From the IMG/VR virus record IMGVR_UViG_3300021142_001411: a DNA stretch of 20,000 bases. One strand, given 5' to 3'. This DNA comes from an uncultured virus (IMG/VR IMGVR_UViG_3300021142_001411). Lineage: Duplodnaviria > Heunggongvirae > Uroviricota > Caudoviricetes. Within the stretch, counting starts at the first letter, position 1, and every line of letters starts with the position of its first letter. The translations under genes and the position numbers were made by a program. Positions 1-9,051 of the stretch are shown piece by piece. Below the pieces are notes generated by a model. That model saw only the letters and a list, made by a program, of their open reading frames with translations. It was not told where the DNA came from and ran no database searches.

Positions 1-367
1 TATGTTTTTTTAAATATGAATTTTTTCTTTCTCCAGTAATTGCTGACATTTCATCAGCATCTTTTCTTCCTTCTTTCCTATTATCAATTAAATCGCGTTC
101 ACCTTGTAAATGTTTTTTTGACCAATTATCCATTAATTGACCACCATAAAGATTATATCTAACTCTATCTTTAATTTTATCAATAGTTTGTAAATCATGG
201 ATAATTCTTTTTAATTGTCCATAAGTTACTTTTTTATCGTTTAATATATTTTGAGCACGTTGAACACCATGTGTATTCTTATCTTGTAAACCAGTTATTG
301 TATGGTTAATTAGATTAAGAATATCTTGTGGGACATCAAAAACTCTATCTTTTAATTCTCTATTCAT
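1..367 (-). CDS. Hypothetical phage protein, truncated at the left window edge
   Basis: Not in the ORF track. ATG at 367-365 overlaps the TAA of the 367..1113 ORF (TAATG coupling). The frame is open to position 1: MNRELKDRVFDVPQDILNLINHTITGLQDKNTHGVQRAQ...RYNLYGGQLMDNWSKKHLQGERD... Confidence 0.8.
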   Translation of the reverse strand, partial: MNRELKDRVFDVPQDILNLINHTITGLQDKNTHGVQRAQNILNDKKVTYGQLKRIIHDLQTIDKIKDRVRYNLYGGQLMDNWSKKHLQGERDLIDNRKEGRKDADEMSAITGERKNSYLKKH

Positions 368-1113
368 TATTTTAAATGTTTCAAAATATCCTTTAATGAT
401 AAATTGTGACTATCCAAACTATTTTTTAATGATTTTAATTGTTTTAAAACAATTGGGTTAATTTCTTTTTCTTCATCCAAATCATTATCAAGAATATCAT
501 TTGGATCATTTTTTCTTGATAAGATACTTTCAAGATATTCTTCCATGAATTTTTTAGGATTTTCAACTAATCTAATTTTATCATCAGGTAGTTTTTGATC
601 ATAACCCATTTGACCTAATCTTTCAATAGCTTCTTCATGTGTTAAACCTAATTCTTTTGTAAAATGTCTATAAGCTTCTTTAAAACTTTCATCATCACCT
701 AAAGTATCTTCATAACCTAAAGATTTACTCAAATCTGCTTCTGACATACCAAAATATTTCATTGACACAGCACCATATGCACTAGATGACCCCATTTGTC
801 CTGTTGACATTTTAACGACTTCATCAGTAGTTTTATTGTCTGTAACACCTTTGGTATTGAAATCTGTTGGTTTTTTACCTCTAGCAATGTTTCCTTCATC
901 ATCAACGATTTCATCAACCTCTTTTTTAGGTTTTTTAACTTTTTTTGGTAAATGTTTAAAATCTGTTTTATCTGAAAATTCATGAGCCATTTTACCCCAT
1001 TTTTTCCTTTCTTTTGGTGAGGTTGATTTATCTCCCGCTTTTGCATAGAAAAATTTTTGTTGTGCTTTTGACACAAATTTCTCTTCTATTATCTGTTTTA
1101 TAAAATTATTCAT
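367..1113 (-). CDS. Hypothetical protein, possibly a virion-internal (head) protein
   Basis: 248-aa ORF, highly charged, with an N-terminal SKAQQKFFYA motif and several I/L-x-E sites. GATATTTATA motif upstream. Confidence 0.75.
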   Translation of the reverse strand: MNNFIKQIIEEKFVSKAQQKFFYAKAGDKSTSPKERKKWGKMAHEFSDKTDFKHLPKKVKKPKKEVDEIVDDEGNIARGKKPTDFNTKGVTDNKTTDEVVKMSTGQMGSSSAYGAVSMKYFGMSEADLSKSLGYEDTLGDDESFKEAYRHFTKELGLTHEEAIERLGQMGYDQKLPDDKIRLVENPKKFMEEYLESILSRKNDPNDILDNDLDEEKEINPIVLKQLKSLKNSLDSHNLSLKDILKHLK

Positions 1114-1125
1114 TAAATATTGCTT

Positions 1126-1164
1126 TTATATAAATATCAAAAGTTATTAAAGATATTTATATAA
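1126..1164. promoter_or_regulatory. Back-to-back putative late promoters (GATATTTATATAA on each strand)
   Basis: 13-bp inverted repeat, 1126-1138 TTATATAAATATC and 1152-1164 GATATTTATATAA, between divergent ATGs at 1113 and 1167. Confidence 0.55.
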
Positions 1165-1166
1165 TT

Positions 1167-2483
1167 ATGGCAAGTCAAAATATTTTTAATTATTATGGTA
1201 TTAAATTAGATGGTAAGGTGGATTTTTCTGAGGTATATGACTATGAAATCACAAAAAATGATTTAGATTATAATTCAGATGTTATCCAATTTAATTACGA
1301 TATCACATATACATCTCTTACAATAAATAGTGGTTTAAGTGGATTTACTTGTGTTAGAGACTCTATTACAATTAGTGATGGTACAAGTAATTATACCTTT
1401 GATTACAATGATTTTATTAATTTTTTTGGTGATCAATATGAATATATAATATTAAATAATGATGTTTATGTCAATTTAGATGGTATTACATATTATAATA
1501 TTATTAGTTATAATGATATTATTAACACCCCTTCTTCATGGTTAATAAATAATTTATCAGGGTCAACAATAGAATGCGAAAGTAAAATAACCAATTCATC
1601 AAATTGTTGTCCACCTTCTCCACAATTGGAAAATAAACCTTGGGCTTATAAATTTAATACCGGTGGTGGAAATGATTATTGTTCACCATATATTAAAAGA
1701 AGAACAGAAAAAGGTTGGACTTTAGATTTTATTTTTAATAGAGAACATAGTGGTTGGACTGAAGGTTCTGTTTTTTATTATATTGGTGTAAGAGGTGAAG
1801 ATAATGTTGCAAATTATGCAGATAATAACTTATCTTTTCAATTTACACCTGATGGTAGAATAAAATTTATTTCTGTTAGATATTCTGGTGTTTGTGACCC
1901 GGTATCAGGTTATAGTGATGGTTATTATATTGAAAGTGGTCAAACCCCAACTTTATGTACAACAGGTGATACAAAAGATTTTAATGTAACTATTGTATTT
2001 GATAGAGATTATAGATTAACAGATTGTAATATTGAAAATGATGGTGGTTGGAATGATCTAATTGAGGAATATGTAATAACACCATTAGACACAACTGATT
2101 CTGAAATAACATCAACTCAAATTGCAACATTTAATACATATGAGATTTTGAATAAAAAATGGGAATCAGAAATAAAACAAAGATTGGGAACATTGAAAAT
2201 ATATTTAAATGGTAATCCAATTTATAAAATAAAAGAATGGGAAGAGATTATACCATCAACAAGGGGAACTCAACCATTTATTCAATCTTGGGGTGGTGGA
2301 ACAGGTTTAATGGGTGGTATTCATGAAGGTACATGTTGTTTTGATATAAAAAGTATTAAATATTATGAAGAACCTCTAGATTATTTTCATGTTAGACATA
2401 ATTTCCTAATGTCATTAAAAAGTGGTGATTATGATTATTTCATATGTGGAAATAATTGTGTGGATAATGTAACCGCATTATAA
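1167..2483 (+). CDS. Putative virion structural protein with a C-terminal ConA-like/LamG beta-sandwich domain
   Basis: 438-aa ORF, rich in Asn/Thr/Tyr/Cys. LamG-like segments GWTLDFIFNR, LKIYLNG and IKSIKYYEEPL. Confidence 0.55.
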   Translation: MASQNIFNYYGIKLDGKVDFSEVYDYEITKNDLDYNSDVIQFNYDITYTSLTINSGLSGFTCVRDSITISDGTSNYTFDYNDFINFFGDQYEYIILNNDVYVNLDGITYYNIISYNDIINTPSSWLINNLSGSTIECESKITNSSNCCPPSPQLENKPWAYKFNTGGGNDYCSPYIKRRTEKGWTLDFIFNREHSGWTEGSVFYYIGVRGEDNVANYADNNLSFQFTPDGRIKFISVRYSGVCDPVSGYSDGYYIESGQTPTLCTTGDTKDFNVTIVFDRDYRLTDCNIENDGGWNDLIEEYVITPLDTTDSEITSTQIATFNTYEILNKKWESEIKQRLGTLKIYLNGNPIYKIKEWEEIIPSTRGTQPFIQSWGGGTGLMGGIHEGTCCFDIKSIKYYEEPLDYFHVRHNFLMSLKSGDYDYFICGNNCVDNVTAL

Positions 2484-2502
2484 AAAAATAATATTTATTA
2501 AT

Positions 2503-2871
2503 ATGGAATTTTATATAAGACAAGGGGCAAGTGACCCAATTTTAAAGTTAAAGTTAATTGATGATGGTATAAATGATAAATCATCAATTAATGATTTATT
2601 GGAAAATTCTGATATTACATTTGAAATGTCAGAATATAAAACAAATATTCCTGTTATATTGAATGGTACTTGTTGGACAACATCAAGAACTAAAAAATAT
2701 GATATGACTACTGATGAATATTACATTACATTTAGATTTACAGAAGAACAAACATGTCAAATAGGTAAATTTGAAGGTAAATTTATTGTTCAATTTTTAG
2801 ATACAAATCAAGACCCAACTACTAAGTTAATTCTACCTGTAAAAGAGAAACTATACATCAATATTTTTTAA
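2503..2871 (+). CDS. Putative BppU N-terminal-like (Ig-fold) baseplate/structural protein
   Basis: 122 aa. The pattern FYIRQG..P.LKLKL.D...TFEM...Y.F....T...GKFEG.F.V.F...LILP resembles BppU-like domains. Confidence 0.55.
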   Translation: MEFYIRQGASDPILKLKLIDDGINDKSSINDLLENSDITFEMSEYKTNIPVILNGTCWTTSRTKKYDMTTDEYYITFRFTEEQTCQIGKFEGKFIVQFLDTNQDPTTKLILPVKEKLYINIF

Positions 2872-2958
2872 TCTGACTTTTTTTGACTATATTTATTTTT
2901 TGTTAAGACTAACTACGATTTACTCGTAAGCTAATGTGTCAATTTAAAAGTAAAATAT

Positions 2959-5900
2959 ATGTCAGAAGTAATCTCACAGGAACTTATCGAAAGTTTCCTT
3001 AATGGTGGCGACCCCGAACAATTTATAGTCGGAGTAGAATTCAGTTACGCCACGAACAAAATTCACAAAATTATTCAAGACCCAGAAAAGGGTAAAATTG
3101 TAAAAATGGATTCATTTACACCATTCCTATGGGTTGGTGATTTGAATAATCAAAACTTTTACAACAACAATAAGTCACTTCAAAAACAAAAAATGGGTGA
3201 ACATGGTATTCTAATTGAAAAATTGAATACCGGTGGTAATGAAAGACTTGAAAATGGTCATAAATTTTTAGTAAAAAGTATTAAAGGTTATGGTGATTTA
3301 ATAAATTTCTTTAAACAAGGTGGAATAGATCCTTGGGGTGAAAAACATAGACACTTATTTACCATATTATCTCCTGTTGAACAATATTTAGTTCAAACAA
3401 AGAAACGTTTATTTAAAGGTATTGATGAATATTCAGATGTTTATCGTTTTGTATTTGATATTGAAACCACTGGATTAGAACCTGAGACTTGTAATATCAT
3501 ATTGATTGGAGTTAAGGATAATCGTGGTTTAAATAGAACAATCTCTGCATTTGGTGAGGATGGTGAAAAGAAATGTATTGAAGAATTTTTCAAAATAATT
3601 AGAGATAAAAAACCAACAATTATTGGTGGTTATAATTCCGCATCATTTGACTTTCCATTCATATTAAAAAGAGCCGAGATATTAGGTGTCAATGTGAAAG
3701 ATTTAACCAAAATATTTACGGATGATGGAATTAAACAAAGAGAAGGTGTTTTAAAACTCGCAAATGAAGTTGAACCATATACACAACATATTATATGGGG
3801 ATTTAATATCATTGATATTTCACATGCGGTTAGAAGAGCACAAGCAATTAATTCAGAAATTAAGAAATGGGGATTAAAATATATTACCAAATATTTGGAA
3901 AAAGAAAAACCAAATCGGGTATATGTGGAAGGTGGTTCAATATCTAAGATATACTTGGATAATGAACAATATTATGTAAACCCAAAAACAGGTGGATATA
4001 GAAAAATGGGTTCTCCCGGTACTGAAAATTTATTAAGTAAATATCCCGGTAAATTTGAGATATGGTCAGGTTCAAGAATTGTTGAACAATACCTTGATGA
4101 TGACTTATATGAAACAATGTTAGTGGATGATTCATTTAGTCAGTCTACATTTCTAATATCAAAACTTGTACCTACAACATATGAGAGAATTGCAACAATG
4201 GGTACTGCAACATTATGGAAAATAATAATGTTAGCATGGTCATACGAAAATAACCTTGCCGTACCATATAAGGCAGAACGTAGATCAATTACAGGTGGTC
4301 TTTCAAGATTATTAAAAGTTGGATATGCTAGGGATATTGTTAAATTTGACTATGCATCTCTTTATCCATCTATTCAACTTGTATATGATGTATTTCCTGA
4401 ATGTGATATTATGGGTGTACAGAAATCAATGTTAAAGTATTTCCGTAACATTCGTATTAAGTATAAAAGACTTAAAGAAGTTCATGAAAAAACCGATCCT
4501 ATATTAGCGGAATCATATGATAGAAAACAATTACCAATTAAGATATTCATTAATGCTTACTTTGGTTCATTATCAGCACCACATGTATTTCCTTGGGGTG
4601 ATATGGATAAGGGTGAAACAATCACTTGTGTTGGTCGTCAATGTTTACGTATGATGATTATGTTCTATTTGAAAAAAGGTTATGTACCTTTGGTAATGGA
4701 TAGTGTAGAATATGATACCCCTATTTATCTAAAAGATATTGACGATAATTTGGTTATTTTGCCTATATGTGATTTATTTGATGATACCAAAAAAATAACA
4801 TCTGAAATTGGTGAAAGAGATTTTTCTGAAAAAGAATATACTGTATTAACAAGAAGTGGTTGGAAAAATATTAATTATGTTTATAGACATGAAACTAATA
4901 AACCAATACATAAAATTGTAACTAAAAATAGATTAGTTAATTGTACATCAGATCATTCATTATTTCAAAATGAAATCCAAATAAAACCATCTTCATTAAA
5001 AAGAGGTGATAAGATTGATATAATTGACATACCTCTTTTAAAAAATGAAAATAATATGTCCACTGATATGGCGAAACTAATTGGTTTTTTTATTGGTGAT
5101 GGTTCATCATATTATAAAAAGGTTAATAGGACATACTCAAGTAAAAAATTGGGGTTACGTTCATATAGTTCATTTAAAGGAGAGTTTACATTAAATAATT
5201 CTAATATTGAACTATTGAATAGTATGGAAGATTTAATAAAAAAAGAATTTAACATAGACTGTCCAATTAAAGATTATCGTTCACATTCAAAAGTTTTTAA
5301 ATTAAAAACATCTAAAACTCTATTATCTAAATGGTTTTCTGAAAAATGTTATACATCATATCGTGAAAAACAAATACCAAAAGAAATTTTAAATGGCAAT
5401 ATTGACATATTAAAATCATTTATGGATGGGTTTTATTTGGCAGATGGTTGGGGGAATGATTTCAATGAACCTAAAGATATTACACAGAAATCTAAAGTAT
5501 GTTTAGCAGGAATATCTTATATTTTAAATAGATTAGGTGTCAATTATATAATATCAATAAGAAAAGATAAACCTAAAATAAGTTCCTTAATTTTAGGTAC
5601 TGAAAAAAAAGATGTTTACTATAAATTAAACAATGAAAAATCAAAAAGAAAAGAAAACGAAGTATGGTTTAATGAAATACAAGAAAACAGTAATAAATTT
5701 GTTTATGATATCTCAACTGAAGATGGTACATTTGTTGGTGGTATTGGTGGTATTATATTAAAAAACACCGATGGTGTTAACTTTGAAACACCTGAAGATA
5801 TAGAAGATCACGTTTATATAGGTAAGGGTTTAAATGAATTGGTAGAAGAAGGAAAAGAATATCGTGGTATTAAAGCGGATACTGCTGAGTTTAACGATAT

Positions 5901-6918
5901 TTTTATGAGAAATGAAATGGGTTTAGATATTGACTATGTTGCAAAATCTTGTATTAATGTGTCAAGAAAAAACTACATTATTAAAATGGAGAAAAAAGGT
6001 AAGGAAAAAATTAAACTTACCGGTAATACCATAAAATCTAAGAAACTACAACAATATATTGTGGAATTCTTAGATGAAGGATTAAAATTTTTATTAAATG
6101 GCGATGGATTATCTTTTGTTGAGTTGTATTATTCTTATGTGGAAAAGATATGTAATAAGGAAATCCCACTTTCCAAGATAGCAAATAAATCTCGTGTTAA
6201 ACAAGGTGTTGAAGATTATAAGAAACATTGTAAAAAACAAACCAAATCAGGTTCTTTGATGTCAAGACAAGCACATATGGAATTAGTTATAATGAATAAT
6301 TACCCTGCCGGTCTTGGTGAAACAATTTACTATGTTAATAATGGTACTAAGAAATCTTCTGGTGATGTTCAAAAAATAAATAAACCAACTAAGAAACAGA
6401 ACGAAGAATATCAAAATAAATATGGTGTTCCAATGCCGTCTGAATATATTGAAGTTAATTGTTATATGATACCTGAAAAGGAAATAATGGAAAATCCTGA
6501 TATGGTTGGTGATTATAATGTTGCTCGTTATTTGAATAATTTTAATAAACGTGTTGAACCGTTATTGGTTGTATTTAAACCTGAAATAAGAGAAGATATT
6601 TTAGTTGAAAACTTAGATGATAGACAATTCTTTACGAAACTTCAATGTGAATTAGTTAATGGTTTTCCATTAAAAGAAAGTGGTCAAGATAAGTTTGATG
6701 AAGTTATGACATTATCTGAAAGTGAAGTTGCATTTTGGAACAGAGTTCGTAGAGATCCTTATTTCATGTACATTGAGGATAGTTTAAAACTTGCTGATCC
6801 ATTTTGGGTTGAACATAATAGACGAGTTGTAAATTATGAAGAAGTTTCGACAACTAGTAATGAAGATGAATTATTAAATGATGATTCAGATTTAATGTTA
6901 CATGCAAATCACGTTTAA
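2959..6918 (+). CDS. polB: Family B DNA polymerase with 3'-5' exonuclease, intein-containing
   Basis: ExoI FDIET, ExoII GYNSASFDFPFI, ExoIII YLDDD, motif A DYASLYPS, motif B KIFINAYFG, and motif C MD|TDG interrupted by an intein. Confidence 0.96.
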   Translation: MSEVISQELIESFLNGGDPEQFIVGVEFSYATNKIHKIIQDPEKGKIVKMDSFTPFLWVGDLNNQNFYNNNKSLQKQKMGEHGILIEKLNTGGNERLENGHKFLVKSIKGYGDLINFFKQGGIDPWGEKHRHLFTILSPVEQYLVQTKKRLFKGIDEYSDVYRFVFDIETTGLEPETCNIILIGVKDNRGLNRTISAFGEDGEKKCIEEFFKIIRDKKPTIIGGYNSASFDFPFILKRAEILGVNVKDLTKIFTDDGIKQREGVLKLANEVEPYTQHIIWGFNIIDISHAVRRAQAINSEIKKWGLKYITKYLEKEKPNRVYVEGGSISKIYLDNEQYYVNPKTGGYRKMGSPGTENLLSKYPGKFEIWSGSRIVEQYLDDDLYETMLVDDSFSQSTFLISKLVPTTYERIATMGTATLWKIIMLAWSYENNLAVPYKAERRSITGGLSRLLKVGYARDIVKFDYASLYPSIQLVYDVFPECDIMGVQKSMLKYFRNIRIKYKRLKEVHEKTDPILAESYDRKQLPIKIFINAYFGSLSAPHVFPWGDMDKGETITCVGRQCLRMMIMFYLKKGYVPLVMDSVEYDTPIYLKDIDDNLVILPICDLFDDTKKITSEIGERDFSEKEYTVLTRSGWKNINYVYRHETNKPIHKIVTKNRLVNCTSDHSLFQNEIQIKPSSLKRGDKIDIIDIPLLKNENNMSTDMAKLIGFFIGDGSSYYKKVNRTYSSKKLGLRSYSSFKGEFTLNNSNIELLNSMEDLIKKEFNIDCPIKDYRSHSKVFKLKTSKTLLSKWFSEKCYTSYREKQIPKEILNGNIDILKSFMDGFYLADGWGNDFNEPKDITQKSKVCLAGISYILNRLGVNYIISIRKDKPKISSLILGTEKKDVYYKLNNEKSKRKENEVWFNEIQENSNKFVYDISTEDGTFVGGIGGIILKNTDGVNFETPEDIEDHVYIGKGLNELVEEGKEYRGIKADTAEFNDIFMRNEMGLDIDYVAKSCINVSRKNYIIKMEKKGKEKIKLTGNTIKSKKLQQYIVEFLDEGLKFLLNGDGLSFVELYYSYVEKICNKEIPLSKIANKSRVKQGVEDYKKHCKKQTKSGSLMSRQAHMELVIMNNYPAGLGETIYYVNNGTKKSSGDVQKINKPTKKQNEEYQNKYGVPMPSEYIEVNCYMIPEKEIMENPDMVGDYNVARYLNNFNKRVEPLLVVFKPEIREDILVENLDDRQFFTKLQCELVNGFPLKESGQDKFDEVMTLSESEVAFWNRVRRDPYFMYIEDSLKLADPFWVEHNRRVVNYEEVSTTSNEDELLNDDSDLMLHANHV
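4702..5766 (+). mobile_element. Intein (355 aa) with LAGLIDADG endonuclease in polymerase motif C (pol-c site)
   Basis: Starts SVEYDTP, block B CTSDHSLF, LAGLIDADG-like LIGFFIGDGS and FMDGFYLADG, block F VYDIST, ends ILKN followed by extein Thr. Excision restores VMDTDG. Confidence 0.93.
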
Positions 6919-8036
6919 ATTACATTAATAGGTGAAGGCATTGCTCTGAACTTCAAAGATTTATTAAGATTCTCCGCCTCGTTAGCTTTACGTTCCATCA
7001 TTTTATCGGGGCGGAGTCTTTCTAATCTAGTCATTAATTCTTCGGCTAATTTTAATTTTTCATCTTTTCCTTCAGTTAATAATGTTGTATAATCTAATTT
7101 AATTTCACTATCAGGTACTTTAAGATCACCTGAATATTTACCCCAAATTCTACCTAAACCTTCTTTAGAGTATGCAATTAAGTATTTTCTAACCCAATTT
7201 TGTGATGGATTATTTAATTTATCCCAAGTTAATTGTTCAGTCATAACATCAGATGGTAATTTAATTACATCTCTATTAATATCCAAACAAGTATCTCTAT
7301 CCATCGTATCATAATACCAATACCAAACTTGATAATTACCATCATTTTCTTGATTTCCAAAATCAAATCTACCTCCTGGTACGTTATATAAATGAACATG
7401 TTTTGTTCCGTTTGGTCCAGCAGTAATTCTATATGTTACATCACCACCAATTAAACGGTTTTTAATATTTCTATCACCCATTCTTAATAATAAGTCATAC
7501 GCAGGCATCATAAAATATGACCCAGATGAACCTTGTTGTGCAAAACCACCTATACCACCAAAACCTACTCCACCAAGGCCACCAAATCCACCTAAAAATG
7601 GATCAATAATTGAGTCAGATAAAGTGGCTCGAGTAAACCATAATAATTCATTAATTTCACGTCCTGCGGGTATTTCATATACTTGTTGATTATCTACAAG
7701 AGTAAAATAATCTTTTTTTAGTTCCCAAGGACCATTCGACTGTAAACCAACAATTTTTGAATATGAATATGTGTATTGTGTTTCATAATCCAAACTTCTT
7801 GTTGTAAATGCACGAGTTAATGATTGGGTATCAACATTAAGACCCATTAATGATGACCATTGTGATTCAATCAACCAATCACTAACATATTGTTCATATT
7901 CTGCAATGGATAATTCTAAAAAAGTATCCATTTGTTCTTCTGTTAATTCAATACCACGAACTGGCATACCTAAAAGGTGGAAAACCTGTGTATATAATTT
8001 TTCTTTATCTATTGGACTAATGATGGTTGATGACAT
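6915..8036 (-). CDS. Neck/head-completion protein, T4 gp13-like
   Basis: N-terminal LLGMPVRGIELTEEQMD and C-terminal NWVRKYLIAYSKEGLG.IWGKY resemble gp13-family adaptor motifs. TATTTAT upstream. Confidence 0.8.
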   Translation of the reverse strand: MSSTIISPIDKEKLYTQVFHLLGMPVRGIELTEEQMDTFLELSIAEYEQYVSDWLIESQWSSLMGLNVDTQSLTRAFTTRSLDYETQYTYSYSKIVGLQSNGPWELKKDYFTLVDNQQVYEIPAGREINELLWFTRATLSDSIIDPFLGGFGGLGGVGFGGIGGFAQQGSSGSYFMMPAYDLLLRMGDRNIKNRLIGGDVTYRITAGPNGTKHVHLYNVPGGRFDFGNQENDGNYQVWYWYYDTMDRDTCLDINRDVIKLPSDVMTEQLTWDKLNNPSQNWVRKYLIAYSKEGLGRIWGKYSGDLKVPDSEIKLDYTTLLTEGKDEKLKLAEELMTRLERLRPDKMMERKANEAENLNKSLKFRAMPSPINVI

Positions 8037-8061
8037 ATATTTGTTTTATTAAATAAATATT

Positions 8062-8071
8062 ACTATATTTG
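8062..8071 (+). promoter_or_regulatory. Putative promoter ACTATATTTG (matches the Bacteroidetes -7 consensus TAnnTTTG)
   Basis: TATATTTG at 8064-8071, 5 nt before ATG 8077. ACTATATTT recurs at 2886 and 18192. Confidence 0.4.
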
Positions 8072-8076
8072 GTATT

Positions 8077-9051
8077 ATGACATTTAATGATTTCAAAACA
8101 TTTTTTTCAAGTAACCTAAAATGGGTATATAGAGATAAATGTGATGCTGTTCTTAAAAGACAATACACTAAAATTGGTAAATATCGTTTTTGTGATAAAA
8201 ATCAAAAATATGGTATCCTTGATAATGATGGTAGATGGGGGTTTGAAAATACCATAAATACTAATTCAAGATGTGCATTAGAATTATATAATATTTATCT
8301 TGAGTTTGGTAATGAAAAATTAGATTTTTTTGATAATACAGAATATTCAATTAATAAATTATGGAATTTTATTGAAGAAAACTTTGAATTATTGTTAACT
8401 TATAATATTGAAACAAAATACTATCATAGGTTTAGACTTATTTGTAATCTTTCTTGGTCAAGAGGTCAAATAACATCGGTTTTATTTTACCTAACTCATA
8501 AAAATATATTTCCTGACACTATTAAAACGACTATTGAATTAGAAAGAGGTTTGTTTTTAGATTTAAAAGGAATTGATGGATTGTTAACACAAAAAGATGG
8601 GACTGATATAACGTTACAAATAAAAAGTGGATCTTTTGAAAAGAAGAAACGATTTTATATAATTAATGGTGCTCAAAATGATTTTAATAGTCCCACTAAT
8701 TATTATTGTTATATTAATATCGGTGAAAATAATAACCAAATTATTGTTTTTGAAAATAAAAAAGAAAACATAATGTCAAATGGTAGTCAATGTATAATTG
8801 ATGAAGAATTTGTAAAATATATAGATATGGAAAATAAAGAAAATATATCACAAAAATTAATGGAAATATTATTGTTTTGTTCAAAAAATAAATTTGTTTT
8901 TGAATTAAAAAATAATGAAGATGAAAATGGATTTAAAATTGATACTGAACCTGAAAAAGTGGTAACAATTTCAATTAAAGATTTTGAAGATAAAGATTTA
9001 TATGATTTATTGGAAGAGAACTTTAACTTATTAAAGAATCTCCCCCAATAA
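8077..9051 (+). CDS. Hypothetical protein with a putative PD-(D/E)xK-like nuclease domain
   Basis: 324-aa ORF. DLKGIDGLL...TLQIKS resembles the D-x(n)-Q-x-K variant active site. Confidence 0.5.
   Translation: MTFNDFKTFFSSNLKWVYRDKCDAVLKRQYTKIGKYRFCDKNQKYGILDNDGRWGFENTINTNSRCALELYNIYLEFGNEKLDFFDNTEYSINKLWNFIEENFELLLTYNIETKYYHRFRLICNLSWSRGQITSVLFYLTHKNIFPDTIKTTIELERGLFLDLKGIDGLLTQKDGTDITLQIKSGSFEKKKRFYIINGAQNDFNSPTNYYCYINIGENNNQIIVFENKKENIMSNGSQCIIDEEFVKYIDMENKENISQKLMEILLFCSKNKFVFELKNNEDENGFKIDTEPEKVVTISIKDFEDKDLYDLLEENFNLLKNLPQ

Noticed and set aside
2907..2940. c-di-GMP-I riboswitch
   Set aside because: Only a superficial stem/internal-loop likeness. It lacks the GNRA tetraloop, the receptor and the second hairpin.
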